Shown: piece after piece, positions 1 to 6,560 of the stretch
Position numbering within the stretch: position 1 is the first letter of the stretch
Layout of the letters: each line of letters starts with the position of its first letter
NCBI GenBank assembly: GCA_910577525.1
Contig: CAJTLI010000006.1
Coordinates: forward strand, 52,805 to 61,524
Reading direction: 5' to 3'
DNA: 8,720 bases
DNA from: an uncultured Oscillospiraceae bacterium
Lineage (GTDB): Bacteria > Bacillota > Clostridia > Oscillospirales > Oscillospiraceae
Notes under the pieces: model-generated
What the model was told of the DNA's origin: nothing
Databases searched by the model: none
What the model saw: the letters and a program-made list of their open reading frames with translations, nothing else
Program-made: the position numbers and the translations under genes

Positions 1-63
1 TTCCCCGACACCCTGTCCGGCACGGGGAGCTGTCCCTGCGGCTCCGTTTCCCGGCTCCTGTAG
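1..63 (+). CDS. Possible 3' end of an upstream gene (C-terminal 20 codons, FPDTLSGTGSCPCGSVSRLL*), product unknown
   Basis: Frame 1 is open from the window edge to TAG at 61-63. 18 of 20 codons end in G or C, as in the confident genes here. Too short to identify or to exclude chance. Confidence 0.25.
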   Translation, partial: FPDTLSGTGSCPCGSVSRLL

Positions 64-102
64 CGCGCTGCCCGCCCTATCTTATAGAAGGAGGTTATTG
101 GA

Positions 103-285
103 ATGAAGCGTCTGTATCGCACCCAGGGCCCCGACGCCATGCTGTGCGGCGTGTGCGGCGGCATCGCCCGCTATCTCAATGTCGATCCCACGGCTGTACG
201 CGTGGCCACAGTCCTGCTGATGGCCTTTGCGGGCCTGTCTCTGTGGGTTTATATCATCGCCGCCCTGATTATGCCCAAAGAGTAG
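103..285 (+). CDS. PspC-domain small membrane protein (60 aa)
   Basis: ATG at 103 is preceded by AAGGAGG (88-94). The sequence LCGVCGGIARYLNVDPTAVRVATVLL followed by one hydrophobic helix (FAGLSLWVYIIAALIMP) is the classic PspC-domain pattern. Stop TAG at 283-285. Confidence 0.85.
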   Translation: MKRLYRTQGPDAMLCGVCGGIARYLNVDPTAVRVATVLLMAFAGLSLWVYIIAALIMPKE

Positions 286-508
286 TGCGCAAAGCCGTCG
301 TGAGCAGCGGGCTAAGGCCAAAGCGCAGGGAAAAGCCCAAGAAGGGGCCTCCAGGCCCCGGATGGGTTTTCCCGGAGTCGGAGGACTTAGAACCGCGTCG
401 CGAACAGGCGGAGCGTAGCTGCAAAAGTGCGTGAAGCCGTGGTGCGCAGCGGACCCGGGCCGTCCGTCCAAACGGCTCGGGCCCGCCGGCCAGAGGATCG
501 GCAGACCA

Positions 509-554
509 CCGCCCCGCCGGGAGCTATCCTCCCCCGGCGGGGCGGCCGTTTTTT
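509..554 (+). terminator. Rho-independent terminator closing the pspC-domain transcript or its long 3' tail
   Basis: CCGCCCCGCCGGG (509-521) pairs perfectly with CCCGGCGGGGCGG (533-545), a 13-bp GC stem. It is followed 3 nt later by TTTTTT (549-554). Confidence 0.75.
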
Positions 555-563
555 CCCATCCCC

Positions 564-592
564 TTGTAAAACCCGGACGGGCGTGCTATGAT
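564..592 (+). promoter_or_regulatory. Candidate sigma-A promoter for pepF
   Basis: TTGTAA (564-569), a 17-nt spacer, then TATGAT (587-592) with an extended -10 TG at 584-585. It lies just after the terminator, about 55 nt upstream of the pepF ATG. This is the only AT-rich patch in the spacer. Confidence 0.5.
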
Positions 593-649
593 AATGGCGC
601 AAAAACGCCGCGCGGCGGCTGAACTTGACTTGACAGGAGGCTGTTTTGA

Positions 650-2449
650 ATGGCTGAAGCAAAAAAGATCCCCCAGCGCTGTGAACTTCCCCTGGAATAC
701 ACCTGGAACACCGCGGATATCTACCCCAGCGACGAGGCATGGGAGAAGGAGTTTGAGGCGGCCCGCGCCCAGCTCCCCGTCCTGGCGGGCTACGCCGGGC
801 GGCTGGGCGGGAGCGCCCAGACCCTCTATGACTACCTGACCCTGTGCGACAGGACGGCGGATCAAATCAACCGGCTCTACCAGTACGCCAGCCTGCGCCA
901 GGACGAGGACACCCGGAACGGAACCTACCAGGCCCTGGCGGGCAAGGGCGGCGCCCTGTGGGTGGAGTTCTCCTCCGCCACCGCCTTCGACACGCCGGAG
1001 CTGCTGAAGCTGTCCCGGTCAACCCTGGAGCAGTTCTACGCCGAAAAGCGGTCGCTGGCGCTGTACCGCCGGTTCTTCACCGTCCTCCAGGACAAAAAGG
1101 AGCACATCCTGTCCGACGCCGAGGAGAAGCTGCTGGCCGCCGCCGGGGAGATGGCCCAGGCCCCGGACGAGATCTTCTCTAAGTTTGCCAACGCCGACCT
1201 CACCTTCCCCGACGCGGTGGACGGGGAGGGGAACTGTCTGCCCCTGTCCAACGCCACTTACGTGACCTATGAGATGAGCGAGGACCGGGCGCTGCGCCGC
1301 TCCGCCTACGAGAAGATGTACGACACCCTGGGCCAGTTCCAAAACACCGCCGCCGCCCTGCTGGACGCCGAGGCGAAAAAACGCCGCTTCTTCTCCGCCG
1401 CCCGGAATTACCCGTCCCCTCTGGCCGCCGCCGTGGCCTCCAACCGGGTGCCCCCGGAGGTCTACCGCAACCTGGTGGACACGGTGAACGCCAACCTGGA
1501 TAAAATGCACCGCTATGTCCGCCTGCGGAAAAAGCTGCTGGGCGTGGACCAGCTGCATATGTACGACATCTACGCCCCCATGGTGTCCGGCGTCTCCAAG
1601 ACGATCCCCTTTGAGGAGGCCAAATCCACCGTCTACGACGCCCTGGCCCCCATGGGGGAGGCGTACCGGGCCATCATCCGGGAGGGTCTGGACAACCGCT
1701 GGATCGACGTGTACGAGAACGTGGGCAAGCGCTCCGGCGGCTATATGAGCGGCGTGGAGGTCCACCCCTTCATCCTGCTCAACCACAAGGACGACCTGGA
1801 CAGCATGTTTACCCTGGCCCACGAGCTGGGCCACGCCGTCCACTCCTACCTGTCCAACAAGACCCAGCCCATCGTCTACCGGAACTACGTGATCTTCGTG
1901 GCGGAGGTGGCCTCCACCTGCAACGAGGCCCTGCTCATGGAGCACCTGCTGTCCAAGACCACGGACAGGAAGGAGCGGGCCTGGCTGCTGAACCACTTCC
2001 TGGAGCAGTTCAAGGGCACGCTGTACCGCCAGACCATGTTCGCCGAGTTCGAGCTGCGCATGGGCGAGCTCAACGCCCAGAGCACGCCGCTCACCGCCGA
2101 GCTGCTGTGCGCGGAGTACAAGGCGCTGAACGCCAAATACTTCGGCCCCGACATGGACACCGACTGCCGCATCGCCCTGGAGTGGGCCCGGATTCCCCAC
2201 TTCTACTATAATTATTATGTGTACCAGTACGCCACCGGCTACTCCGCCGCCATCGCCCTGTCCCGCCGTATTTTGAAGGAGGGGGAGCCCGCGGTCAAGG
2301 ATATGCTGGCCTTCCTGTCCGGCGGCTGCTCCAAGGACCCCATCGACCTGCTGCGGGAGGCCGGGGTGGACATGGCCTCCCCCAAGCCCATCCAGGACGC
2401 CCTGGACCTGTTCGGCGCCCTGCTGGACGAGATGGAAGCCCTGACGTGA
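650..2449 (+). CDS. pepF: Oligoendopeptidase F, M3B family zinc metallopeptidase (599 aa)
   Basis: AGGAGG at 635-640 sits 9 nt before the ATG. The HELGH zinc-binding motif (HEXXH) is at nt 1820-1834. Length and flanking conserved blocks (FTLAHELGHAVHSYLS, FVAEVASTCNEALL, YYVYQYATG) are typical of PepF/M3B. Confidence 0.95.
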   Translation: MAEAKKIPQRCELPLEYTWNTADIYPSDEAWEKEFEAARAQLPVLAGYAGRLGGSAQTLYDYLTLCDRTADQINRLYQYASLRQDEDTRNGTYQALAGKGGALWVEFSSATAFDTPELLKLSRSTLEQFYAEKRSLALYRRFFTVLQDKKEHILSDAEEKLLAAAGEMAQAPDEIFSKFANADLTFPDAVDGEGNCLPLSNATYVTYEMSEDRALRRSAYEKMYDTLGQFQNTAAALLDAEAKKRRFFSAARNYPSPLAAAVASNRVPPEVYRNLVDTVNANLDKMHRYVRLRKKLLGVDQLHMYDIYAPMVSGVSKTIPFEEAKSTVYDALAPMGEAYRAIIREGLDNRWIDVYENVGKRSGGYMSGVEVHPFILLNHKDDLDSMFTLAHELGHAVHSYLSNKTQPIVYRNYVIFVAEVASTCNEALLMEHLLSKTTDRKERAWLLNHFLEQFKGTLYRQTMFAEFELRMGELNAQSTPLTAELLCAEYKALNAKYFGPDMDTDCRIALEWARIPHFYYNYYVYQYATGYSAAIALSRRILKEGEPAVKDMLAFLSGGCSKDPIDLLREAGVDMASPKPIQDALDLFGALLDEMEALT

Positions 2450-2453
2450 ACGC

Positions 2454-2490
2454 AAAAAAGGGCCCGGCGCTTGCGCGCCGGGCCTTCCAC
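2454..2490. terminator. Bidirectional rho-independent terminator between convergent pepF and the HIT gene
   Basis: GGCCCGGCGC (2461-2470) pairs with GCGCCGGGCC (2475-2484) around loop TTGC. AAAAAA (2454-2459) lies on the left, giving a U-run for the minus-strand transcript. A weaker T-containing tail (TTCCACATT) lies on the right. Confidence 0.8.
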
Positions 2491-2492
2491 AT

Positions 2493-2912
2493 TCACAGAT
2501 TTGCTTTGATCTTCTCGATCATCCCGGCGTACTCCGCCTCGGACAGCTTCACTCTGCCGGGATTCATCTCGAACACCCCGCCCCACTCGTACTGATCCCT
2601 GTACTTGGGCACCAGGTGCATGTGGAGATGGCAGCCGGTGTCGCCGTAGGCGCCGTAGTTCACCTTGTCCGGGTGGAAGGCGGCGTGGATCGCTTTGGCC
2701 GCCCGGGCCACGTCGGCGAAAAAGGCATTGCGGTCCTCCTCGCTGATGTCCACCAGCTCGCTGACGTGGTCCTTGTAGGCCACGATGCACCGGCCAGGAT
2801 GGCTTTGCTCCTTGAACAGGATCAGGGTGCTGACGCTCAGCTCGCAGACGTAGATGCCGAAGGCGTCCAGCAGGTCCCCCCGCATACAATAACCGCAGTT
2901 CTGGTCTTTCAT
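2493..2912 (-). CDS. HIT-family (histidine triad) nucleotide hydrolase/transferase (139 aa)
   Basis: The histidine triad HLHMHLVP is near the C-terminus and an N-terminal CGYC (CxxC) is present, as in many HIT proteins. The RBS AAGGACGG lies 9 nt upstream of the ATG (2910-2912). Confidence 0.9.
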   Translation of the reverse strand: MKDQNCGYCMRGDLLDAFGIYVCELSVSTLILFKEQSHPGRCIVAYKDHVSELVDISEEDRNAFFADVARAAKAIHAAFHPDKVNYGAYGDTGCHLHMHLVPKYRDQYEWGGVFEMNPGRVKLSEAEYAGMIEKIKANL

Positions 2913-2963
2913 AACATTCCGTCCTTTCTTCCGGGCGTGCCCGGCCTGTTTTGTGCCGTCTCC

Positions 2964-2981
2964 AGCATACCAGCATTTATA
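2964..2981 (-). promoter_or_regulatory. Candidate -10 elements for the HIT gene (no convincing -35)
   Basis: On the minus strand there is TATAAA (2976-2981) and, downstream of it, TGgTATGCT, an extended -10 (TATGCT at 2964-2969, TG at 2971-2972). Neither has a good -35 at 16-18 nt. Assignment is tentative. Confidence 0.3.
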
Positions 2982-2989
2982 GTTGACAC

Positions 2990-3021
2990 GGTTGAAAAGA
3001 AGTAAATACTTCTTTTCAACC
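2990..3021. repeat. 32-bp perfect palindrome (15-bp arms, 2-bp centre) in the AT-rich divergent-promoter zone; candidate operator or RNA hairpin
   Basis: GGTTGAAAAGAAGTA (2990-3004), then AA, then TACTTCTTTTCAACC (3007-3021). The arms are exact reverse complements. The palindrome starts immediately after a TTGACA box (2983-2988). Confidence 0.6.
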
Positions 3022-3217
3022 TGTTCGGCGATTATTCGCCGAACAGGCCGTAAAGCGGCCTCGTGTCAGACTTCATAGTCAGCGCCTAGGCTTTGCCGGA
3101 CAGCGGCTGTGCCGCTGTCTGAAAATCGGCATCTGCCGATTTTCAACTGCGCTGACTATACACCGTCCCGTCAAGGGGCCGCGTCAGAAAAGCCCCCGCC
3201 GCCGGCGGGGGCTTTTG
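3017..3217 (+). ncRNA. Hypothetical ~200-nt highly structured RNA (family unknown, strand uncertain)
   Basis: Plus-strand TTGACA (2983-2988), a 16-nt spacer, then AATACT (3005-3010). No ORF with an RBS follows, only consecutive perfect stems. These are 3020-3031/3036-3047, 3046-3050/3056-3060, outer stem 3075-3085/3149-3159 enclosing 3099-3107/3111-3119 and 3120-3131/3134-3145. The region ends with hairpin 3192-3212 plus TTTT (3213-3216). All stems are perfect Watson-Crick, so they fold on either strand. No match to any RNA family I can recall. Confidence 0.25.
3188..3216. terminator. Bidirectional rho-independent terminator; ends the minus-strand glp operon
   Basis: GCCCCCGCC (3192-3200) pairs with GGCGGGGGC (3204-3212) around loop GCC. 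It is flanked by AAAA (3188-3191) and TTTT (3213-3216). It sits 20 nt downstream of the DUF1667 stop codon on the minus strand. Confidence 0.8.
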
Positions 3218-3235
3218 CTGTGCTGTGGGGGCCGT

Positions 3236-3604
3236 TTAACCCTTGGCGGGCACGTTCTTGGTGGCCACGATGTCCACCCCGGTACCGCACACGTCGGCCA
3301 GCACCACCTGGCCGATGACCACGGGGGCCTCCAGCTCGATGTGCTGAATGGCCTTCACGCAGTCGAAAATCTTGCCCTTGGGGATGTCGTTGGCGGTCTT
3401 GACGGAGGCCATGGCCAGCTTGCCGCCCTTCACCTTCACGGTGCTGGTGACGATGCGGGTGGGGTTGGTCAGCTCCTTCTTGGCGTAGGCCTCCCCCCGG
3501 GGGCAGGTGTTGCCCTCCACCTTGGCGACCTCGCCGCCCTCCATGGTGACAGTGAGCGGACAGCCCAGCGGGCAGTTGATGCAGATCAGATTCTTCACTT
3601 CCAT
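3236..3604 (-). CDS. DUF1667 domain-containing protein (122 aa), third component of the FAD-dependent glycerol-3-phosphate oxidising module
   Basis: The N-terminal Cys cluster CINCPLGC...GNTCPRGE, followed by LTNPTRIVTSTVKV...VKT...IPK, is the typical DUF1667 pattern. The GGAGGAGG RBS is embedded in the end of the upstream gene. The ATG lies 4 nt after the upstream stop. Confidence 0.9.
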   Translation of the reverse strand: MEVKNLICINCPLGCPLTVTMEGGEVAKVEGNTCPRGEAYAKKELTNPTRIVTSTVKVKGGKLAMASVKTANDIPKGKIFDCVKAIQHIELEAPVVIGQVVLADVCGTGVDIVATKNVPAKG

Positions 3605-3608
3605 GGTC

Positions 3609-4874
3609 TTACGCCTCCTCCAGAGTTACGGTGATGCCTTGGGCCTCGGGATGGTCCTTGAGCAGGCTGGTCTTGAGGATGACCGTCTCCATCTCGCCGG
3701 GGGCCAGCACCGGGCGCTTGCGGCTGAAGATGCAGGCGCCGCCCGCGTACACCGCCACCTTTTTGTTCTGATACACGTTGCCCACCCGGAACCGCAGGGT
3801 GACGGTGTCCCCCGCCGCGTCGGGCCGGATGGCCACGGGCACGGTGTAGCGCACGCCGTTCTCGCACTGGATGGGCAGGGCCTTGTGCTCCTCTTCCTGA
3901 CAGCCGGCGGCGATGTAGTCGGCGGCGTGGCGGCCGGCGGCCCCCGCCTCCTCGGACACGTAGTCCACCAGGTCGTGGACGTGGAGCACGTTGCCCGCGG
4001 CGAACACGCCGGGAATGCTGGTCTCCAAGCTCTCGTTGACGGTGGGGCCGTTGGTAATGGGGTTGATGTCCACCCCGGCGGAGCGGCTCAGCTCGTTCTC
4101 GGGGATGAGGCCGCAGGACAGCAGCAGGGTGTCGCACTCATAGCGCTCCTCGGTGCCGGGGATGGGCCGGTTCTTCTCGTCCACCTGGGCGATGGTGATG
4201 GCCTCGACGCGCTTTTTGCCCTCGATGTCCACCACGGTGTGGCTCAGCTTCAGGGGGATGCCGTAGTCGTCCAGGCACTGGACGATGTTCCGCTTCAGGC
4301 CGCCGGAGTAGGGCATGAGCTCGGCCACCACCTGGACCTGGGCCCCCTCCAGGGTCATGCGGCGGGCCATGATGAGGCCGATGTCGCCGGAGCCCAGGAT
4401 GACCACCTTGCGGCCGGGCAGATAGCCCTCCATGTTCACCAGCCGCTGGGCGGTGCCCGCGGTGAAGATGCCCGCCGGGCGGTAGCCGGGGATGTTCAGC
4501 GCGCCCCGGGGCCGCTCCCGGCAGCCCATGGCCAGGATGACCGCCTTGGGATGGAGCTGGAACAGGCCGTCCTCCCGGTTCATGGCGGTGACGGTCTTGT
4601 CCGCCGCCATGTCCAGCACCATGGTGTTCAGCTTATAGGGGATGTCCAGCTTCTTCACCTGCTCGATGAACCGCCCGGCGTACTCGGGGCCGGTAAGCTC
4701 CTCCTTGAAGGTGTGCAGGCCGAAGCCGTTGTGGATGCACTGGTTCAGGATGCCGCCCAGCTCGTTGTCCCGCTCCAGGATGAGGATGTCGCGCAGGCCC
4801 GCCTCGTGGGCGGCCACCGCCGCGGCCAGGCCCGCAGGGCCGCCGCCGATGATGACAAGTTCGTATTCTCTCAT
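3609..4874 (-). CDS. NAD(P)/FAD-dependent oxidoreductase, pyridine nucleotide-disulfide oxidoreductase fold (421 aa)
   Basis: N-terminal FAD Rossmann motif VIIGGGPAGLAAA..ILERD, a second dinucleotide motif VVILGSGDIGLIMARR, and the distal FAD motif GVFAAGNV. A ~100-aa C-terminal extension follows. The RBS GAGGGAGGG overlaps the stop of the upstream gene. Confidence 0.9.
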   Translation of the reverse strand: MREYELVIIGGGPAGLAAAVAAHEAGLRDILILERDNELGGILNQCIHNGFGLHTFKEELTGPEYAGRFIEQVKKLDIPYKLNTMVLDMAADKTVTAMNREDGLFQLHPKAVILAMGCRERPRGALNIPGYRPAGIFTAGTAQRLVNMEGYLPGRKVVILGSGDIGLIMARRMTLEGAQVQVVAELMPYSGGLKRNIVQCLDDYGIPLKLSHTVVDIEGKKRVEAITIAQVDEKNRPIPGTEERYECDTLLLSCGLIPENELSRSAGVDINPITNGPTVNESLETSIPGVFAAGNVLHVHDLVDYVSEEAGAAGRHAADYIAAGCQEEEHKALPIQCENGVRYTVPVAIRPDAAGDTVTLRFRVGNVYQNKKVAVYAGGACIFSRKRPVLAPGEMETVILKTSLLKDHPEAQGITVTLEEA

Positions 4875-4888
4875 GGTTCAGCCCTCCC

Positions 4889-6319
4889 TCAAATGGCGTC
4901 CTTGTTGACGCCCACGATCAGCTCCGAGCCCTTGCCGGACTTGGTGATGGCGCTCTGGTCCACGCCCAGCTCCCGGGCCAGAATCTCCATGACCCTGGGG
5001 GAGCAGAAGCCGCCCTGGCACCGGCCCATACCGGCCCGGACCCGGCGCTTCACGCCGTCCACGCTGCGGGCCCCGGGGGTGCGGCGGATGGCGTCAATGA
5101 TCTCGCCCTCGGTGACGGTCTCGCAGCGGCAGATGACGGTGCCGTAGGCGGGATTCTCGCGGATTAAGGCGGCGTGGGCCTCGGTGTCCAGCGCCTTGGG
5201 GTCCAGGATGCCCTTCCGGCGGGGATCGAAGGACAGGTCCACCTCCAGGCCCAGGATGTCCTTCACGATGCCGGCCACCATACGGCCGATGGCAGGGGAG
5301 GAGGACAGGCCGGGGGACTCGATGGCGGCGCAGTCCACAAAGCCGGGCTTGATCTCGCCGATGAAGAACTCGTGGCGGGCCTCATGGGCCCGCAGGCCCG
5401 CGAAGCTGGTGATGGTCTGGCGCAGGGGCACGTTCTTCACCGCCATGCCGCACTTGGCCCGCACGTCGTCCAGACCGGCCTGGGTGGTGTTGGTGCCCTC
5501 CTTGTCGTCGATGTCGATGGCGGTGGGGCCCACGATGGTGTTGCCGTGGACGGTGGGGGCCACCAGCACACCTTTGCCGTACTTGCCGGGGAGCTGGAAG
5601 ATGGTGTTGCTCACAAAGCCCTGAGTGGTGTGGTCCAGCAGGAAGTAGTCGCCCCGGCGGGGGATGATGGTCATCTCGTCGTCGGCCACCATGTTGTGGA
5701 TCTTGTCGGAGTACAGTCCGGCGGCGTTGACCACCACCTTGGCCTCCACGTCCCCCTGGACGGTGGACACCTTCCAGCCGCCGTCGGTCTTCTCAATGCC
5801 CGTGACCTCGCTGTCGAACTGGAACCTGACGCCGTTGTGGGCGGCGTTCTCCGCCAGGGCGAAGGTGAGGCCGAAGGGGCACACGATGCCGCCGGTGGGG
5901 GCGTACAATGCCGCCACCGCCTCGTCGCTGATGTTGGACTCCATCCGGACCAGCTCGTCCCGCTCCACGATGCGCAGGCCCTCGACTCCGTTGGCCACGC
6001 CGTTGGCGTACAGCTTGTTCAGGGCGGGGCGGTCCTCCTCGCTCATCATCACTACCAGGGACCCGTTCTGCTCATAGGCGAAGTCCAGCTCCCGGGCCAG
6101 CTCAGGCATGAGCAGGCTGCCCGCCACGTTCAACTTGGCCATCAGGGACCCGTTTGTGGCGTCGTAGCCCGCGTGGACGATAGCGCTGTTGGCCTTGGTG
6201 GTGCCGCAGCACACGTCCTCCTCCCGCTCCAGCACCAGCACGTCCGCCTTGTACCGGGAGATTTCCCGGGCGATGGCGCAGCCGGACACGCCCGCGCCGA
6301 TGATTACGATATCAACCAT
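4889..6319 (-). CDS. FAD-dependent glycerol-3-phosphate dehydrogenase/oxidase-like protein (GlpA/GlpD/LhgO-type DAO domain) with a C-terminal BFD-like [2Fe-2S] domain (476 aa)
   Basis: N-terminal IVIIGAGVSGCAIAREIS..VLVLERE FAD motif. The C-terminal CRCETVTEGEI...GMGRCQGGFC pattern (CxC...CxxxxC, about nt 4990-5135) is typical of BFD-type 2Fe-2S domains. The RBS AAGGAG lies 10 nt upstream of the ATG (6317-6319). Confidence 0.9.
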   Translation of the reverse strand: MVDIVIIGAGVSGCAIAREISRYKADVLVLEREEDVCCGTTKANSAIVHAGYDATNGSLMAKLNVAGSLLMPELARELDFAYEQNGSLVVMMSEEDRPALNKLYANGVANGVEGLRIVERDELVRMESNISDEAVAALYAPTGGIVCPFGLTFALAENAAHNGVRFQFDSEVTGIEKTDGGWKVSTVQGDVEAKVVVNAAGLYSDKIHNMVADDEMTIIPRRGDYFLLDHTTQGFVSNTIFQLPGKYGKGVLVAPTVHGNTIVGPTAIDIDDKEGTNTTQAGLDDVRAKCGMAVKNVPLRQTITSFAGLRAHEARHEFFIGEIKPGFVDCAAIESPGLSSSPAIGRMVAGIVKDILGLEVDLSFDPRRKGILDPKALDTEAHAALIRENPAYGTVICRCETVTEGEIIDAIRRTPGARSVDGVKRRVRAGMGRCQGGFCSPRVMEILARELGVDQSAITKSGKGSELIVGVNKDAI

Positions 6320-6398
6320 GCAGATATCACTCCTTTTGCTTAATATACGCTCCCTTCGGGGGACAATCCGCCCCAGATTCTCCCAGTTTCTATAGAGA

Positions 6399-6460
6399 GA
6401 GCCGGACAGCCCGGTGCGGCCCCGCCCCTTTTGGGGGGAGAGGTCGGGGCTGCCCGGCTC
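6399..6460 (-). promoter_or_regulatory. Large strand-specific RNA stem-loop in the intra-operon spacer (possible antitermination, processing or stability element)
   Basis: GAGCCGGACAGCCC (6399-6412) pairs with GGGCTGCCCGGCTC (6447-6460). All 14 pairs form on the minus-strand RNA, including one G-U at 6406/6453. On the plus strand that position is an A-C mismatch. An inner CCCC-TTTT-GGGG hairpin is present. No U-tract follows, so this is not a canonical terminator. Confidence 0.4.
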
Positions 6461-6560
6461 ACAGCTTACTCAATCACTCTGCGTGAGAGACCAGGGGGAG
6501 TATGTACCCCGCACGGGGCCTTTTACAGAGAAACGGCGATCTCCTGACGTTCTTCTCCTC

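Noticed and set aside
288-340. Strings reminiscent of c-di-GMP-I (GEMM) or ykkC-type riboswitch cores (GCGCAAAGCC, GCGCAGGGAAAAGCCC)
   Set aside because: The order of the two blocks is reversed relative to GEMM-I. I cannot draw the required P1/P2 helices with a tetraloop-receptor arrangement. The element lies downstream of a gene, not in a 5' leader. It is only worth an Rfam scan, not a call.
285-434. Possible 49-codon ORF starting at a GTG overlapping the pspC-domain stop (TAGTG), encoding a highly charged peptide
   Set aside because: There is no convincing Shine-Dalgarno sequence. Third-position G/C content is only about 69 percent and rare codons (CTA, TTA, AGG) are used, unlike neighbouring genes. 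It is simply the tail of the off-frame ORF 144-434.
1019-2455. 478-aa ORF on the minus strand spanning most of pepF
   Set aside because: It is exactly antisense to a gene with unambiguous M3B peptidase motifs. The translation is low-complexity (G/V/L/H/Q/A runs) with no recognisable motif. This is the typical stop-poor shadow frame of GC-rich coding DNA.
3120-3145. TGAAAATCGGCA palindrome as a catabolite-responsive element (cre) for CcpA
   Set aside because: It does not fit the cre consensus TGWAANCGNTNWCA. The central CG is out of register (T and C at positions 7-8). It is also located downstream of the glp operon rather than at its promoter.
3075-3159. Three-way junction considered as a hammerhead-type ribozyme, or as an 85-bp MITE with 11-bp terminal inverted repeats
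   Set aside because: The hammerhead core strands (CUGANGA, GAAA) are absent from the junction on either strand. For a MITE, no target-site duplication flanks the 11-bp inverted repeats (flanks CTTC versus ACAC). Multi-copy status cannot be assessed from one window, so this is kept only as an alternative within the hairpin-cluster finding.
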